A DNA stretch of 64,000 nt from Gnetum montanum (Eukaryota > Plantae > Gnetophyta). Under the pieces are notes generated by a model that did no database searches, was not told where the DNA came from, and worked only from the letters and a program-made list of their open reading frames with translations. A program made the translations under genes and the position numbers. Below, piece after piece: positions 1 to 14,529 of this stretch; position 1 is the stretch's first letter, and every line of letters begins with the position of its first letter. The stretch is taken from positions 124,001 to 188,000 of the forward strand of contig MNCI01001925.1 of assembly GCA_015680685.1 (NCBI GenBank). Reading direction: 5' to 3'.

Positions 1-462
1 AATTATGTTGTACCTAATTGTACAAGGATTAGCAAATTGAGTTGTAATCATCCCTTGTAATTCTTGTTTTTTTCCCTACAAGGTTGATGTGTTGGAGCTT
101 GTTAGGATCCTATGGGATTGAGTTGTTGGTGTTGTGGTATAATAGTTTGATATAGAGCTCAAGATTGTAAAGGTTGTGGAAGCCTTAAAACCACATTTTC
201 AAGTCTAATGGGACCTTGTGAAACTTAGTGATTGGTGTTGTGGTACAATACAATGGAGTGGGGCTTGAAGAAGTATACGGTGTGAACCCTTCAACCACAT
301 TTTAAGAGCAACAAAGTCTAGAGGTGTGCTTGTGATCTTCCATTTGAGTGTGCAATACTTAAGCTGGGGAACCACATAAATTCATCTGTCTACTTTGTTT
401 CATAAAGGTTCTATTTGAGGAACTTATTCATCCCCCCTTCCTTCTAAGTTCTATCATCCTCA
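1..462 (+). repeat. 3' part of a Copia-type LTR, related to the LTRs at 14530-15749 and 39208-40425, inserted into the gag of the Athila-like element
   Basis: Colinear similarity to ~15270-15749 (ttgtaaaggttgtgg...aaaccacatt, ccttcaaccacattttaagag, aacttattca..ccc..ttctaagttc..atcctca). Ends in TCCTCA and is followed directly by gag sequence, not by a PBS. Confidence 0.8.
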
Positions 463-3400
463 CAAAAGAGAGCATCATATGCATCATAGCCATGATAGGG
501 ATTACAAATAATGTTCTGACTATGATGAGCCTATGCTTGCTACCAAAAACATGTTGAACATTGCAAAGGCTTTGAGGATACTAACAACACATGTGAAGAA
601 CAACTAAATCAAATGGTTAGACATTTTTAATATCCCTAAGTTCAAAGGGGGATATAATTCTAATCCACAGAATCAACACTAAGCCTTTCACAATGCATGT
701 GCCTTACAAAATGTAGAGAACGAATGGCAGAAATTGTTCTTCCCTAGGACTTTCATCAAGGAAGCTAAAAGTTGATACTACCACTTGGAATAAAAATTAA
801 TCCAACAATGCAGTACAATTCTTGAATTGGTCAATGAAAAATATTAGATGTACTCCTAAGTGTCTAACTTAATAAGGTAGATACAAGGTCAAAAACAAGC
901 CACACATGAGTCCTTGGATGCAACCATGGATAGGTATTACTCTTTGTTGCACCAATGCCTAGGCCATGGCTATTCTCGAAGGGAATAGGTACAACATATC
1001 AAAGATGAGCTCTAAATAGAAATAAGGAGAACTCTTGGGTGTCTATGCCCAAGGGATGCTTTTAAAGCTAAGGATCCATTAGATCCAAAAGTTAATTAAG
1101 CAAGTGGCTAAGGAAGAAGGTGAGCTAAGAAAAAGGAATAGTGTAGAGGAATACAACCATGATCCTTCCATTCACAAAAGGAATGTTTGGTTTTGTGAAA
1201 ATGAGGAAGAGGCACCCCTTGATGAAGTGGTGCAAGGAAAAACCTTGCTAACACAAAAATATGTTTCTAAAATATTGGCCCAGATTAATAAAATGTGGAA
1301 TTCCTTGGATGAAATATTTCAATCAACTCTAGGGATTACTAAGGAGAACAAAGAACAAGGAGATAGTGGTCATGATAGAAGGAGAAAGAAGGAAGCTTAA
1401 CATACCCATCAGAAAGATAAAGGCAATGCTACTACAATGGAAGAGGTTGCAAATTCTGAAACAAATAATGATGGAGTGACATTTTCCAATATGAACATCC
1501 TAAGGGATGTTGTTCAGTTGTATCATACTTATAGGAATCTGATGTGTATGCTTTGAATCCTTGCTTAGCAAAATCGTAAGCACCTAGGAGGTTTCCTTAT
1601 CCTAAAAACAACTATAGGAAGTTCCACCAGCAAGCCTACTATCTAAATGCAACACAATCTCAACCTCATGAGTAATACTAGTAGTGGCAACACCCATAGT
1701 TGTGGGACATACCACCACCAAGGAAAAAATACCCTTAACATTAGCCAAATCTATATGGGTACTATGTTTAACAACCCATTTCTCCACATGACTCTTCTAG
1801 TCATACTTATTTCCTACACCACTACTGGCCTTCTGAATATTATAGAGCACCATCTCTAAGGGGAGACTTCTCATTTCCCTATTATCCTACTCACCATTCT
1901 ACTATTTCACCTCAATCCTCAACTATTTTGCCACCCACTCCATTTATGTAGGGAAAAATACCAACCTAGTCATAGTAGAGAAACACCACAAGGGCTATGA
2001 ACTTACAACTGACTCCCCAACTAAGTGGTTCTAATACTAAGCCTTGAAAAAGACCCTTTTTTAGAATCAAGAATTCAAGCAAGATCGTACAAACATCTAT
2101 GGCTACTAATCCTACTTCTTCTCCTTCCTCATCCACAATGTCCTTTGAGATTCCTTCAAATCAAACACCTCCCAAAGTACATACTATAATGCTGATCCAT
2201 GTGGACACTAACTGGATAAAGGTCGACCATCTTCCTAGGAAGAGATCTGATCCTGAGAGTCCCCTCATTTACTCGTAAATTGCCAGAAATAAACCTTGCA
2301 TGGCTCTTCTAGACTCAAGTTCTAATGTTAATTTAATCTCATAAAAGATATACAAAGCTTGGAACCTACCTCTACTCAAGAAGAGAAACATTCACTTAGA
2401 GTTAACAGATTAATCCATCACTATTCCCTTGGGATTGGTGAAGAACATTTTGACCACCAACTATGGGTGATCATATCCTACTGAATTCCTAGTGATATGA
2501 GTGGATAACTACATGGGAGACTTTCCTATCATTATGAAAAGGGCTTGGCTAAGTATAATTGATGTGTGGCCAGAAATTAGAGACTTCTTCTTGGAGATCT
2601 TCAAGGAGAATAAATTTAGAAAGATAGAGAAGAAGCACATTCCATGCATTACATATAGTGATAAAGGATGCCACTATGTGAAGAAATTATGGACTATCAA
2701 AATTACAACACTCATAGCATGTAGGCAATGTGCAAATGTCACAAAGATTCAATGGTGCTTGCATGTAGCAACCACAAAACAAGAGGACACCCATTGGTTG
2801 ACAACTAAAATAGAGAGAAATTCAACATAATGCATGTAATAGACTAAGAGCCTCACGAGTGCCTATGTTAAAGGCATGGAAAAACTAGAACAAGTCCATG
2901 ATTAGATCTCTAATGAACATGATAAAACCAATTAGAAAGAGGTAGAAATCTAGAAGAGCTTCAAACAAGGGTCCCTTGAGTTGAAGACTCTACCAATTGG
3001 AATGGAATATGCCTTTTTGAACAATGACAAGTTGGTCATCATCAATGCTAATCTTGCTTCTTTATAGAAAAATAATTTTTTGGAGGTTTTCAGAAAATGG
3101 CCAACATCCTTTGCTTGGTTATATCAAGAGCTGACAAGAATTGATGCAAGGATATGCCAGCATTGGATCTATACAAATTCCTCCATTAAACCAAAGAGGA
3201 AACCATTGCAAAGGTTGAATCCCAGGCTCAAGTAAATCATCAAAGATGAGATTGGGCAACTCCTCAAGGTGAGGTTCATCTATACCATTGTAGATAATGA
3301 ATGGGTTAGCTAAATTTTGATTGTGCCAAAGAAAAGTAAAAAATGGAGGGTCTACGTTGATTTCAAGTTGTTGAACATGATAACATATAAGGATCATTTT

Positions 3401-5800
3401 TCTTTTCCATTTGTGAACTAGGTGTTGAACACAATTTTGAGGTAATACTATTACAAATTTTTGGATGGTTATAATGGCTATAACCAAATCTAGATAGTAC
3501 CAAAGGATTAGGCCAAAACCACATTAACAAGTCCCTAGGAAAATTTTGCATATAGAAAGATTCCTTTCAGCCTATGCAATGTTCCTTCAACATTCCAACA
3601 CCTTTCCCTTAGCATCTTTCAACAACAAATTGGTAGTAGGATGAAAGTCTTCATGGATGACTTGTACACCTATGGGGATAGATTTGAGTAGTCCTAGACC
3701 ATCTAGAGCAAGTGCTAAAATAATGTGTGAAGATAAATTTAAGGCTTAACTAGTAGAAGAGCCAACTGATGGTTTAAGAGGGCATTGTACTAGGGCACAA
3801 AGTATCATAGAAGGGGATTAAGATGAACCTTCAAAAAATAAGGGTCATCCAAGGAATATCCCAACAACCTAAAACTATTAAAGATGTGAGGTGATTCCTT
3901 GGCCACACTAGCTATTATCAGTGCTTCATTGAGAACTTTTATAACATTTTCAAATCATTGCTGAAGCTAACAAAGAAGGATGCTTCATTTTTTTGGACCA
4001 AGGAATGTGAACATGCATTCTAGCACCTTAAAAAAAGCTTGTAGAAACACTAATCCTATGAGCACTTGATTAGTTGAAACCATTCCATATTATGATGGAC
4101 ACTTCCAATTATGCCTTAGGAGTCATGTTCACATAATTTGTTGATAAAAAATGTCCCCATTACGTCCATTGTACAAGCAAAAGTATTGTGGGTGTACAAC
4201 TAAACTACACCACCATTGAGAAGGAACTGAAGGTAGTGGTGTATGCCTTAGAGAAATTTAGGTACTATGTGCTTGGATATAAGGTGCTTATGCACATGGA
4301 TCATAGTGCAATCATGTTCTTGATGAATAAACCAATAGTGAGCCCCAATGTCATATAGTGGCTGATAATCTTGTAAGAGTTCAATTTAACTTTTGTGGAT
4401 AGGAAGGAAATCGAGAATGTGACAGCTAACCACTTGTCTCAATTATGATGGGATAGCAAAAAGGAAAAGAGTTGATTTTTAGATTAATTTCCTAATGAAC
4501 TCCTCTTTGATAAATCTATTATTGAACAAGACCCCAAGGAAAACAATTGGTATGATAGCATCATCACCTACCTACTCACTTAGAAAATTCCATAAGAGTG
4601 GGATAACAAGAAGAAATAATAGTTTCTTCACTAGGTCAAACATTTTATGGACATCAATGGCATCCTTTATAAGGTTTGCACTAATGGCCTAGTTCAATGA
4701 TGTGTTCTTGATGATGATCAACTACATGTTCTCCAAGATGTACATGAGGGCCCTTTTGGGGGCCATTATGTTGGAAGATGAACGGTCATTAAAATCCTCA
4801 TAGTAGGGTATTATTGACCTATACTTTTCAAGGGTGCCCATCACTTCATCCGCACCTATGATCACTGTCAATGTGATGGTGGGATAACTACTCATATGGA
4901 GGGATCCCAATAGTGGATCCCACCAGTAGCGACCTTCAACATTTGGGACATTAATTTCATGGGGCCCATTACTCCCATGTCCAATGGGAAGGAATATATA
5001 ATTCGAGCTATTAACTACTATACAAAACGGGTAGAAACTACAATCATCAATAACTGTACATCCTTTACAACAGCCTGATTTGTATAATAGAATGTTGTAA
5101 ATAGGTTTAGGATTCCATGTATACTTATGTTTGACAATGAAATTCATTTTATAGACACCACTTTTCAAAATCTCATGCAACGCTTGAAGGTTAAACATAA
5201 ATTAACAACTTTGTACTACCTCTAAGGCAACACTCAAGTGAATGTGACTAATCAAGAGATAAAAATAATAATAACAAGAACCATTAGTAAATATAGGAAG
5301 GATTGGAGCTTCAAACTCAATGATGCCCTTTGGGCCTCTCGTTCCACATGGAATGTTCCTATTGGCTACTCTCCCTATGAGCTCATGTATAGAAAATTAC
5401 AAATACTTCCTATCCAAACATAAATTCATACACTTTCAAATTTTTTGACCTTAGCCTAGATTTGAACCTAGCACAAAATGAATAGTTAATGAATCTCAAC
5501 TTGCTAGATGAGAATTGATTAGTGGCCTTATCATCTAATGAATTGAACAAGGCTTATAGCAAACAATGGCATGACCTTAGGATTAGGTAGGTGAAATTTC
5601 AACTAAGAAATAAGGTCCTATACTAGAATCCCATGCATGTCCCACAACAAATTAAATTCCAAATGTTATGAGAGAGACCTTATATTATCTCTAAAACCCT
5701 TTCATCCAAGGCCATGTTAATTTACAAACCTAAAAGCCTAAGTAAGAAACTGCTACTCAACATGCAATAACTAAATCCTTTCCAAGAACCTAGGATAGCC
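463..5800 (+). pseudogene. gag-pol pseudogene of the Athila-like element
   Basis: Translated motifs: IPKFKG/FPRT gag (~630-780); protease ALLDSSSNVNLI (2303); RT LDGYNGYNQI (3461), PFSLCNVPSTFQ (3563), VFMDDL (3648); RNase H DTSNYALG (~4098), NYTTIEKEL (~4203); integrase H..GGHY (~4743), WDINFMGP (~4944), ALWA (~5324). Many stops and frameshifts. Confidence 0.9.
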
Positions 5801-7544
5801 AATGACTGTAGCACCTCAATAGATGGATAGACATGCTTGATTTTTTAGATCTCCTCCTTCCAACTCAATCATTGGGGAGATGGCCATCCATGCTAAACCA
5901 ATTAAAGTAACTTACAAATTTTTCAATTTTTCTATTTTTACCCTTTTTATTTTACACCATTTTTAGTAAATTTTTCTTTCCTAAGTATTTTACAATTTTT
6001 TCTATATTTTATCTTATTTGATTTACATTTTTCTTATGATTGTCTTTTCTTTCCTTATTGCCACCAAGACATTGTGCAATTGTAGCTACTAATTAATCAG
6101 AGTTTATACTTTATAATGTTATTTGATTGAAAATTTTTGGGTTCTATCTTTGAATTTTGATGTTGATAACTAAGACATTGTTTCTTTTCATGATTAACAA
6201 GTAGTGAGTCCATGTCATTCACTAATCCACACAACTCTATGGTGTTCCCTAATTTTGGAAGTATGAGGTCCCTTATTAAATATAACTTTTGTCCTTGGTA
6301 GCTTGCAAATATGGGATGGATTAAATGGATATACAAGGGTATGAATTCAAGAGCATTTGACACTTTTTATACATGCCTACCCTCTAAGGTGCATCAATAT
6401 CTTCATGGATCCTTTATGATTCCTACGTCTACCAATAACAGGAAGCTAAGTCTTTGTTTGGTGTGGTTCCCACCAAATATATATATATATAATTGGAATT
6501 CAAAGCACACCCCTTAGACTCAATAACAGGCAACAAGCATTAGTTATGGGCTAGAAAGACATGTTACCCATGCCTAAAGGTATCCCTCTAACTAAGGTCC
6601 TTTTCACTTCCTACTTGTCTATTCTTCTCTCTTTGGAATGGTGATTGATCTATAAGGATGTTCTTGCACCTTGGTGATGGGCTAGTCTAACAGTGTTAAT
6701 GAAAAGTCATTGGAAGTGGTTAGTCTTAATTTAGACTAAGGATTGACATTATCAAGTCATATTAATCACACATTCCACAAGAGACTTCATGTGACCATGA
6801 TCTAGGACTCCATTCCACACTCTCTCATCTGCCTATGCTTTCCATCACTCATCTCATTGCCTTTTCTCATGTTATTTCAATGTATTTATTTAATACCATC
6901 ATAATTCTTTGATGGTTTCTTTGGTGATTTGATCATTAACTAACCACAACCATTAATCATCCATGGGGCCCACAGACTTCTTGGTTTGAGGGCATGTAAG
7001 GGAATTAAGGGCATGAACTTGCTATGGGGAGAATAAACTTGCATACTCCTTGATTGGATTACTTAAGTTCCTCATCCCTTAGACATTTTCACTTTTAAAT
7101 CTTCCACATTCCACATTGATTACATCCAATTTTGCACTCCTTAACTAGTATTCTTCAAATTAAATCTCCCTTTTATGCCTATTCTTACCCTCTTCATGCA
7201 TTCCATCATGTTCCTAGCTTTCATGGATTCCTCTAAACTACAATTTTATGACAAAACTCTTTTTTTTTACTTAGTTTTTTTTTTAATGTCAAAATTTTGG
7301 TCTATTGCTACATCGATGGAACCTCGTCGATGTAACCCCCTATGTCAACATAACCTCATTAATGCAATCACATCGACATAGCACAAAAACACCTATAAAT
7401 ACCACATCACTTAGCTTATTTTTTGTCATTTTCTCTCCCATGAAGAAGGATTTTTTATCATTTTCAAAGCCCATAACTTTCCACTCGCTTGTTCAATTAA
7501 TCCTGCTCTTTGTTCCTACAATTATTGGAGGTGAGCTTTACATC

Positions 7545-8430
7545 ATGGGGGTCATAAAAAAGTTTACATCATGCAATGTTGAAACTCAAAAGGACCATAT
7601 TGTTGAATATCTAAGACAACAATAGAAGTAACTTGCCAAGGTAACCATGGATTTGAGGATTTTGGCTATAGAAAATAGAATTTTCTTGATGGAGAAGGTC
7701 AGAGAACTTCACCAAAAATTACCCATTAAAATTGCCTCCTAGAAAAATTATGCTCTAAATTTTGAAAGAGTGGAAAGTCACTACAAGAACTAGGTTGGCC
7801 TTCTTAAAGAGGTTAACAAAAAGGAGATCTAGCTAGTGAAGGCAAAGGTAAACAAGGCCCTCTGGCAACTCCAACAAGGAGGTGACATGTGGTAGCCCAT
7901 CTTTGATCGACTAAAAATGTACAACAAAGCATAAATCCATCTTAAGAAGTTGAAAATCAAGGATATGATCAAGTACATGGAGTTAGCCAACCTCTATTAT
8001 GTGAACACGACAATGTTAATTACTAGAAGTCCAAGGTTAGAATTGGAAAAGAAAGTGACTAGCTCATACCATTTGTATGAGATGAAGCTTAAGCACCATA
8101 AGGACATAAAGAAAAGGTTGGAAATAGTTAATGCTGAACTAAAAACTATTAGAGCATAATTCATAGATCAATGATCAATGGCTAAGAACCTAGACAGAGA
8201 ATGAATGAATACCAGGAGCTACAGAATGCTATCAGAGCATTCGGCATCAAACACAAACAATTCACTACTTTGTTTGTCAATGTTAAGGAGTTATTCCCTG
8301 CCATGCCATATCCGTGAGATGTTCTTCTATTAGCCTACATTGGTGATGTTGCATGGATCATGTATGATCCCATAAGTAAAGAGGAGAAGATGAAAGCATT
8401 ACTAGATGCATTTCATCTTCCAGTAGGATA
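7545..8430 (+). pseudogene. Degenerate extra ORF (env-like position) with coiled-coil character
   Basis: ORF-track pieces 7305-7625 and 7950-8159 share one frame, broken only by TAG/TAA stops. K/E/L/Q-rich heptad-like sequence; TATAAATA at 7394-7401 upstream. Confidence 0.6.
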
Positions 8431-8779
8431 GTCGTAACTGCCACATCCTCAACCTCAACTGCCATGTGCACCAGAGGTAGGGAAAACTCCTTCGACACCT
8501 CAAGAGCCTCCACCTTCATGGATCATTTGATTTTCTTCCCATATTTATCCATTAGAGGGGTTTTAGCTATTAAATTTTATAACAGTATTCAATTTTATTT
8601 TCATGAATACCTTTTTTGTAAAAGCTATAAATTCATACACTTGGGTACTAAGAATTAGTCTACATTAGTGAGAGTCAATCATTCAATTAGTCAATGGTTC
8701 CATGCCTTTCCAAATTTTGTAGTAAATTGGTCCTCCGTTTGTTCACTCAAGGATGAGTTTTTAGTCAATTGTGGGGATA

Positions 8780-9608
8780 TGATGAATCATCATTGTTGAT
8801 TAGCATTAACAAGCATGCATCGATGCATGAAAATATGCATCAAAGCATACATGTTGATGGTGTGTCTGGTCTTGCCTATATAAATGCACATAACCATCAC
8901 ATTTATGACATCATTCATTTAGTAGCATAACAAAGTTCTTGTATTTTTCTTCTGTAATAGTTAGAATCTTTTCTAAGTGCCCATACTAGGAGTTGAGAAG
9001 TGTACAAATCCTTATTTGAACACTGATGTACCTAGACACTTCAATGTGAATGGCAAGAAATATGAACTTCTTAATAAACTTGTAGCACTTGAAATTAGCA
9101 TTATGTTTACTTTAATTTACTTTACTATTATGCAATGTACATTAATGAACTTAATTAATTAGTTGAATATGAATAATTAATGCACTTAAGTATGACCACC
9201 TCGAGCATATGCTAATGCTTGGTAATCCCAGTAGCACTTACACTTGGTAACCTAGTGGCATTGTGACATGTTCAGGATGTGTACAATAGGTGGGAATGGA
9301 TGCTTATGTTAGAATTAGCTTAAGGCATTAAATAGTTACTAGATTAAGTAACATTTAACCACTTTATTTTCATGCTTAGGATAAATAGATAAAAAATATA
9401 AAATTTGTACAAATCATGTGCCTTAGTTACAATTAATCATACCATTGTATCTCCACAAGTGGAACTGAGAAAACAAAAATCACATCCTAAAGTTGACTAC
9501 CTATATAATATGTATTTAGAGAGCTAAAGTCTATAGAATTCAATTAGATCACTTACTGAACACTAGTGATTCATATGGTTGGGCATTGGGACTACTTGCT
9601 AGTCATCA
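8780..9608 (+). repeat. 3' LTR of the Athila-like element
   Basis: Starts TGATGA after the PPT and ends GTCATCA. TATA at 8877-8884. Terminal segments similar to the LTRs at 42172-43180 and 48230-49249. Confidence 0.8.
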
Positions 9609-10199
9609 TTAATGCTCAATAACAATTCCTAAGAAGTAGCACTAGGTAGTAATAAATAGTACCTAAAAATAAGTATGCAATAGTAAACACTAGCTAGTAG
9701 GCAAAAAAAAGGGAATAGAAAATGATAATAATGGAGATATAAGAAAAGGTAGAATAAGAAAGGATAATTATATTTAAGAAAGAGAGTGAGAAGGCCTTGT
9801 GCTTACTCTTCCATGATCTGCTACTTTTATTAGCTTTTTGTAGCCTTTTTCCTTTCTTTTATTCATCAATTCCTCTCTATAGAAAAAGAAAACATAGGTA
9901 TCATATGCCTTTTTCATGGTAGTTAAAGTATCTTTAACTAATATTTTAAGTTTTCCTTATGGATGCTCCAAATCTTTCTCAATACACTATCTTCTTTTAT
10001 TTTTCATGATTAATGTCACCTTTCTAATCAAATTACAAAAGAAATCAATCTATTAATGGATTGATTGGTAAATTAAAAATATCATTATTAGTATTATTAC
10101 CACTAAAATTTATAAAACTAAAAGAAAAGTGGGCTTAAGTTCCCACAAGTGGGCAATGTTGGATATAAAAAAGCCTTTAATGCAAAGTTTACTAAAGTG

Positions 10200-13100
10200 T
10201 TTAAAGGACTCTCTATCTTGGATTAAGGCCAATTCATCATAGATCTTTTAATTATTATTGATTTAAATATATTTTTCATGTTTTTTGGTAAATCATGAGC
10301 ACATCATAACTTATTCTCAATTATAGAAAGACTTGCAACTTTATTATGCTTGTTCCAAGTCCATATACAAAAGGAGGATTAGCATTAGGTTCATAGCCAA
10401 TTGTAAAATCATGCTAAATCTTATGGATGAATTTTCTTTTTAAAGTTTTTTAGATTCTAGAAATCATCATTTTCAATGATGATAAAGTGCTTATTCTTAA
10501 TTTGAATATCTATATTCAAGCCTAGGCACTATCACTTGAAGAGGTTAAGACTTTCTCTCATCTACTAACTTTCCTAGGACCCCACTTGGTGGGATGAGCA
10601 TTATTACTCTACATGATGATTTATTTTTCAAGAAATTCTCCCAAATCAATGTGCAATAGTCATAAGACCTATGTTTTATGGGAAATGGATAAGGACTTAT
10701 TAGGATGTCCTTCAGAAATGATGTGCAACATCATCAACTAGATGTTGTGGAAAGTAGACAAAGGTTCCCACATTAGGGATGGGTATATCTAGAGAAGTAA
10801 GTCAAGCATTAGAATTTTGGATGATAACCTAAAACATTGATATTCTAAATAAAAAGACCTCTAAAATTATTAACACCATGAAAAGATAAAGAATCAACAT
10901 TACCTACATTTAAGAAATAAGATCAGAAGCAAATAAAGATGTGAGATTTAGATGAGGGTTACAAACTTTTCTACTTACGAAAAACATTATTAAAATGGAA
11001 TGGTCATTATCATTAATTAATCTATCAAAGATAATGTAGTATAAGTATACCATCATGATGATTAAATTATGAACATCAAGCTTGTGTTTGGAAATGAGAT
11101 CATCAATATCATCATCATATATGCTTCACAAATTAGCCTAGAAAACTCTATCAAAAAATATTTTCTAAATTATATAAATTTAGTACTTAATAAATTCCTT
11201 ATTAAGAAGCATATTTATTTATAGGAATTTTCATGATCATGCTAAATATATGAAAATATGTTATAATAATATTCATGGAGGACATAGATTTGGAAAACAT
11301 AAAGATATAGGAGATTTGTAGGTAAAATTTATATGTGTTTTTTATATTGTAATTACAAATACTTATTTTTAAAATCCAATAGAATATTTAATTATATATA
11401 AGAGTGATATGAATAAAACATATATTGATTATTTCTTGTTGTACAAAAGAGAAAAGGCCATGTATAAATAAATTGGCTAATGGTCATGGACTTAGCTATA
11501 TAAAGCTTCAAAGGTAGCATGAGAAAAGGGACTAAATGAATAAAATGGTAAAATTTTAAAGAAGGCAATATCATTTTATTTAGAGAATAGTTACTTCAAT
11601 AATAAATTTAGAAATAGGATTTCTAGGAAAATTTAATTTAAGGATAAATAGAAGGTTGTATTAAGAAAAATGAATAGAACATTTTAGGTGAAATTAAAAT
11701 GCATCACAAAGGAGATATGAGGGTGGAGTGATGAAGTGCAATATACTAGTCAAAACAAGAAAAGATACTTTAAAGAATGATAGTAAAACAAAAACCAAAA
11801 GACTAGGTTGATGTATAAAACGATAAAAGAAGGCAACAATAGTAATAGCCAAAGCCAAACATAAGACCTTGGATAACTTTTATGAGAAATTAAAAACAAA
11901 TAAATGGGGAAAATATACTTATAAATTAAAAAAATAGAAACAAGAAATATAAGAATATTGATCATGTCAAATGCATGAAGGAGCCAAATGAAAAAATTTT
12001 GATAAAAGACAATGAAATTTTGAATAAGTAGAAAAATAATTTTAAATAATTCTTACATGAGTAATTTCCAAGAGAAAATTTTCTAAAAGAAAATTCACAT
12101 TTTAATTTAGTTAATGAATTTTCCTTTTCTAAGATAAAGATATGCTTATCAAAGATAAAATATGGGAAAGTGGCTATACTAGAGAATATTGGAAAGCATT
12201 GAGAGCTATAGGAGTTTCTTGGAAAGATAATTATTTAACAAAATTTTAAATGATGGAGAAATGTCAAAAAATTACCAAAAATCATTTTCATCTTTATTTA
12301 CAAAAATAAAGGATATGTGCAAAATTGTGCAAACAATAAAGGAATGAAGCTAATGAGGCATACTATGAAGCTTTAGAAGAGAGACATAGAGCAGTGTCTT
12401 TGACTTGAACCAATAGTATTAGAAAACAAAATTAGATTTATGGGATAGAGGTATACTATAGAGGTTATTTTTTAATATGATAATTTATGGATAAATTTAA
12501 AAAATATAGAAGATATATATATATATATATATATGTCTTCATTGACTTGAAAAAATCATATGATATAGTACCCAGAGATATTATTTGCTGAGCCTTAGGA
12601 AGGAAAAAATTTGTAATAAATATATTAAAGTGAGTCAAGATATATATGAAAGAGCTACCACTAAAATTAGACCTTATTAAACAACATTAGATTTTCTAGT
12701 CATAGTAGATCTACATCAAGGATCTACACTTAGTACATACTTACAATTATTAAGGATGAATTAATAAAGAGAATGCAAGATGAAATTTCTTAGTGTATGT
12801 TATTTATTGATGATATTATGTTAGTGGATATATATCTAAAATAGAGAAGTAGAGATATGCTTTCAAATCAAAAGGCTTAAAAATTAGTAGAAATAAGATA
12901 GAATATATGAAATGCAATTTTGATACCAACATAAATAGTGATAAAACAAAAGTAAAAATTCAAGGCCATAAATTTCCTTATTACATCTAGTTCCACTATC
13001 TAGAATCAATGCTCTAATTAGATTGTCAAATTGATAAAGATATATAAAATAGAATTGAGGCAATATGGTCAAAATGAAGACAATCTAGTGACATTCTATG

Positions 13101-14400
13101 TAATAATAGAATACCTATAAAACTAAATGAAAAAATTTATAGGATAGTAATCAAGCTTGAAATCTTATATAGTGTTGAATATTTGACTATACAAAAGAGG
13201 CATAAATAATAGATTAGTGTGGAAGTAAAGAGAATTCTTAGATAGATGTTGAATATTACCAAAATAGATAAACTATACAACATAGACATTATAGAAAGAA
13301 TTAAAGTGGCTTCTATTTTAAATAAGTTATAAAAATAGTAGCATAGATGGTGTAAGCATATGCAAAGAAGATTAGATAACAAGCCTATAAAAAATTTCTA
13401 CATTACTATTTAACAAAAGATAATAAAAGAAAGATCAAAGAAGGCATTGAAAGAAATTGTTGAACATGATTTAAAGATATTGCAAATAAACAAAGATCTA
13501 ACTATTCATAGAGATAAATAGTGAAAAGAAACTCATGTAGCTGATGCCATTTTGTTAAGGCAAGCCTAAGATGATATTGATGATGACCAAGTCTTATATG
13601 CAAACCCAAAATCAAAAAAAGTTGTTGAAAAATCAAGCTACACTTACATCCATAAAAGTCATGGTTTGTTGAAATTAGTAGAAGAGGAGCTTGTATCCAT
13701 CTCATCATACAATCACAACATACTCACAATCATTATCAAAATATATATAGTTTATCTTTTATCATTTCTCACTACTGGTAAACTAGTGGCATGTCAAAAT
13801 GTTATTCTGGTCTAGCTTACCTTATGTCAATCTTATGCTAACTCTAATTATATATTTTTTAGTCCACCTACATTTACAAATTCTTCAAAGGATATTACCA
13901 TGATTCAAAGTATCATGATGGACTAAAGAAAATCACCAATGCAACCTTCCACAACATAGAATACAAACATCATTAACACACAACCAATGCTTCTAGCCTC
14001 ATCCATCTTTGGAACCTATCATACAAAGTTTGTGAGAGCCACATGTTACTAGTATGTACCTAAAACAAACTATTTAACTACTATTATTCTTACTATTTGT
14101 GATATATAATTAGTAGAACAAAAATGAGATTTCATCATTTGATAGTTAAAATATGTATATGACTCAAAATTCTTCATGAGGAATGCATATGTCAAATGTA
14201 TTATAAAAATGTTAAATGTATAATATAAATAGTATTAAAGACAAATACTACATTTTTCTATCATATCCTACATTTGAGCACCATTGACATAGGTGAAATA
14301 TTATGATTGCTAATTTGATCGAATCATTCCAAATGTTATCAAGAACACTTGGTATTTTTCTTAATGATGTTTATAAGAAATGTACCACATATATTTCTAC
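10200..14400 (-). pseudogene. Possible very old hAT-like transposase relic, interrupted by the RTE LINE
   Basis: Weak, frameshifted minus-strand motifs: D..W.D (~14330), IF.SP..TLN (~13900-13935) and FW..YG....LQ across the LINE insertion point (13610/10340). Confidence 0.22.
10371..13586 (+). mobile_element. Degenerate, near full-length RTE-clade LINE (APE + RT)
   Basis: APE N-terminus IRI..(W)NI..L..K...I.TM...RINI (~10808-10920); RT LHQGSTLS (12711), CMLFIDDIMLV (~12794). 3' end catgtagctgatgcc...gatgatattgatgatga resembles the plant RTE terminus with a (GAT)n tail. Probable TSD ccaagtccatatacaa (10355-10370) / ccaagtcttatatgcaa (13587-13603). Confidence 0.85.
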
Positions 14401-14529
14401 TATCTAATAATTCTACAATGTCTACCAATAAAATAAAATTTTAATTTTATTTTCAATTTTAGTAACTAGATCTTGTTTATATCAATTTACCATAAGCTTT
14501 ACTTTCCATTATTTTTCAGCTATGATATT

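Larger units (their letters stand above)
463..9608 (+). mobile_element. Degenerate Athila-like Ty3/gypsy LTR retrotransposon (5' end outside window)
   Basis: Order gag-PROT-RT-RH-INT, long 3' region with an extra ORF, PPT gtggggata (~8771-8779) and 3' LTR TGATG...CATCA. gag is homologous to 43780-44420. Confidence 0.88.

Noticed and set aside
12512-12535. (AT)n microsatellite inside the LINE
   Set aside because: Ordinary slippage repeat.
11392-13382. Hydrophobic minus-strand ORFs that look like membrane proteins
   Set aside because: They are antisense shadows of the A-rich RTE coding strand.
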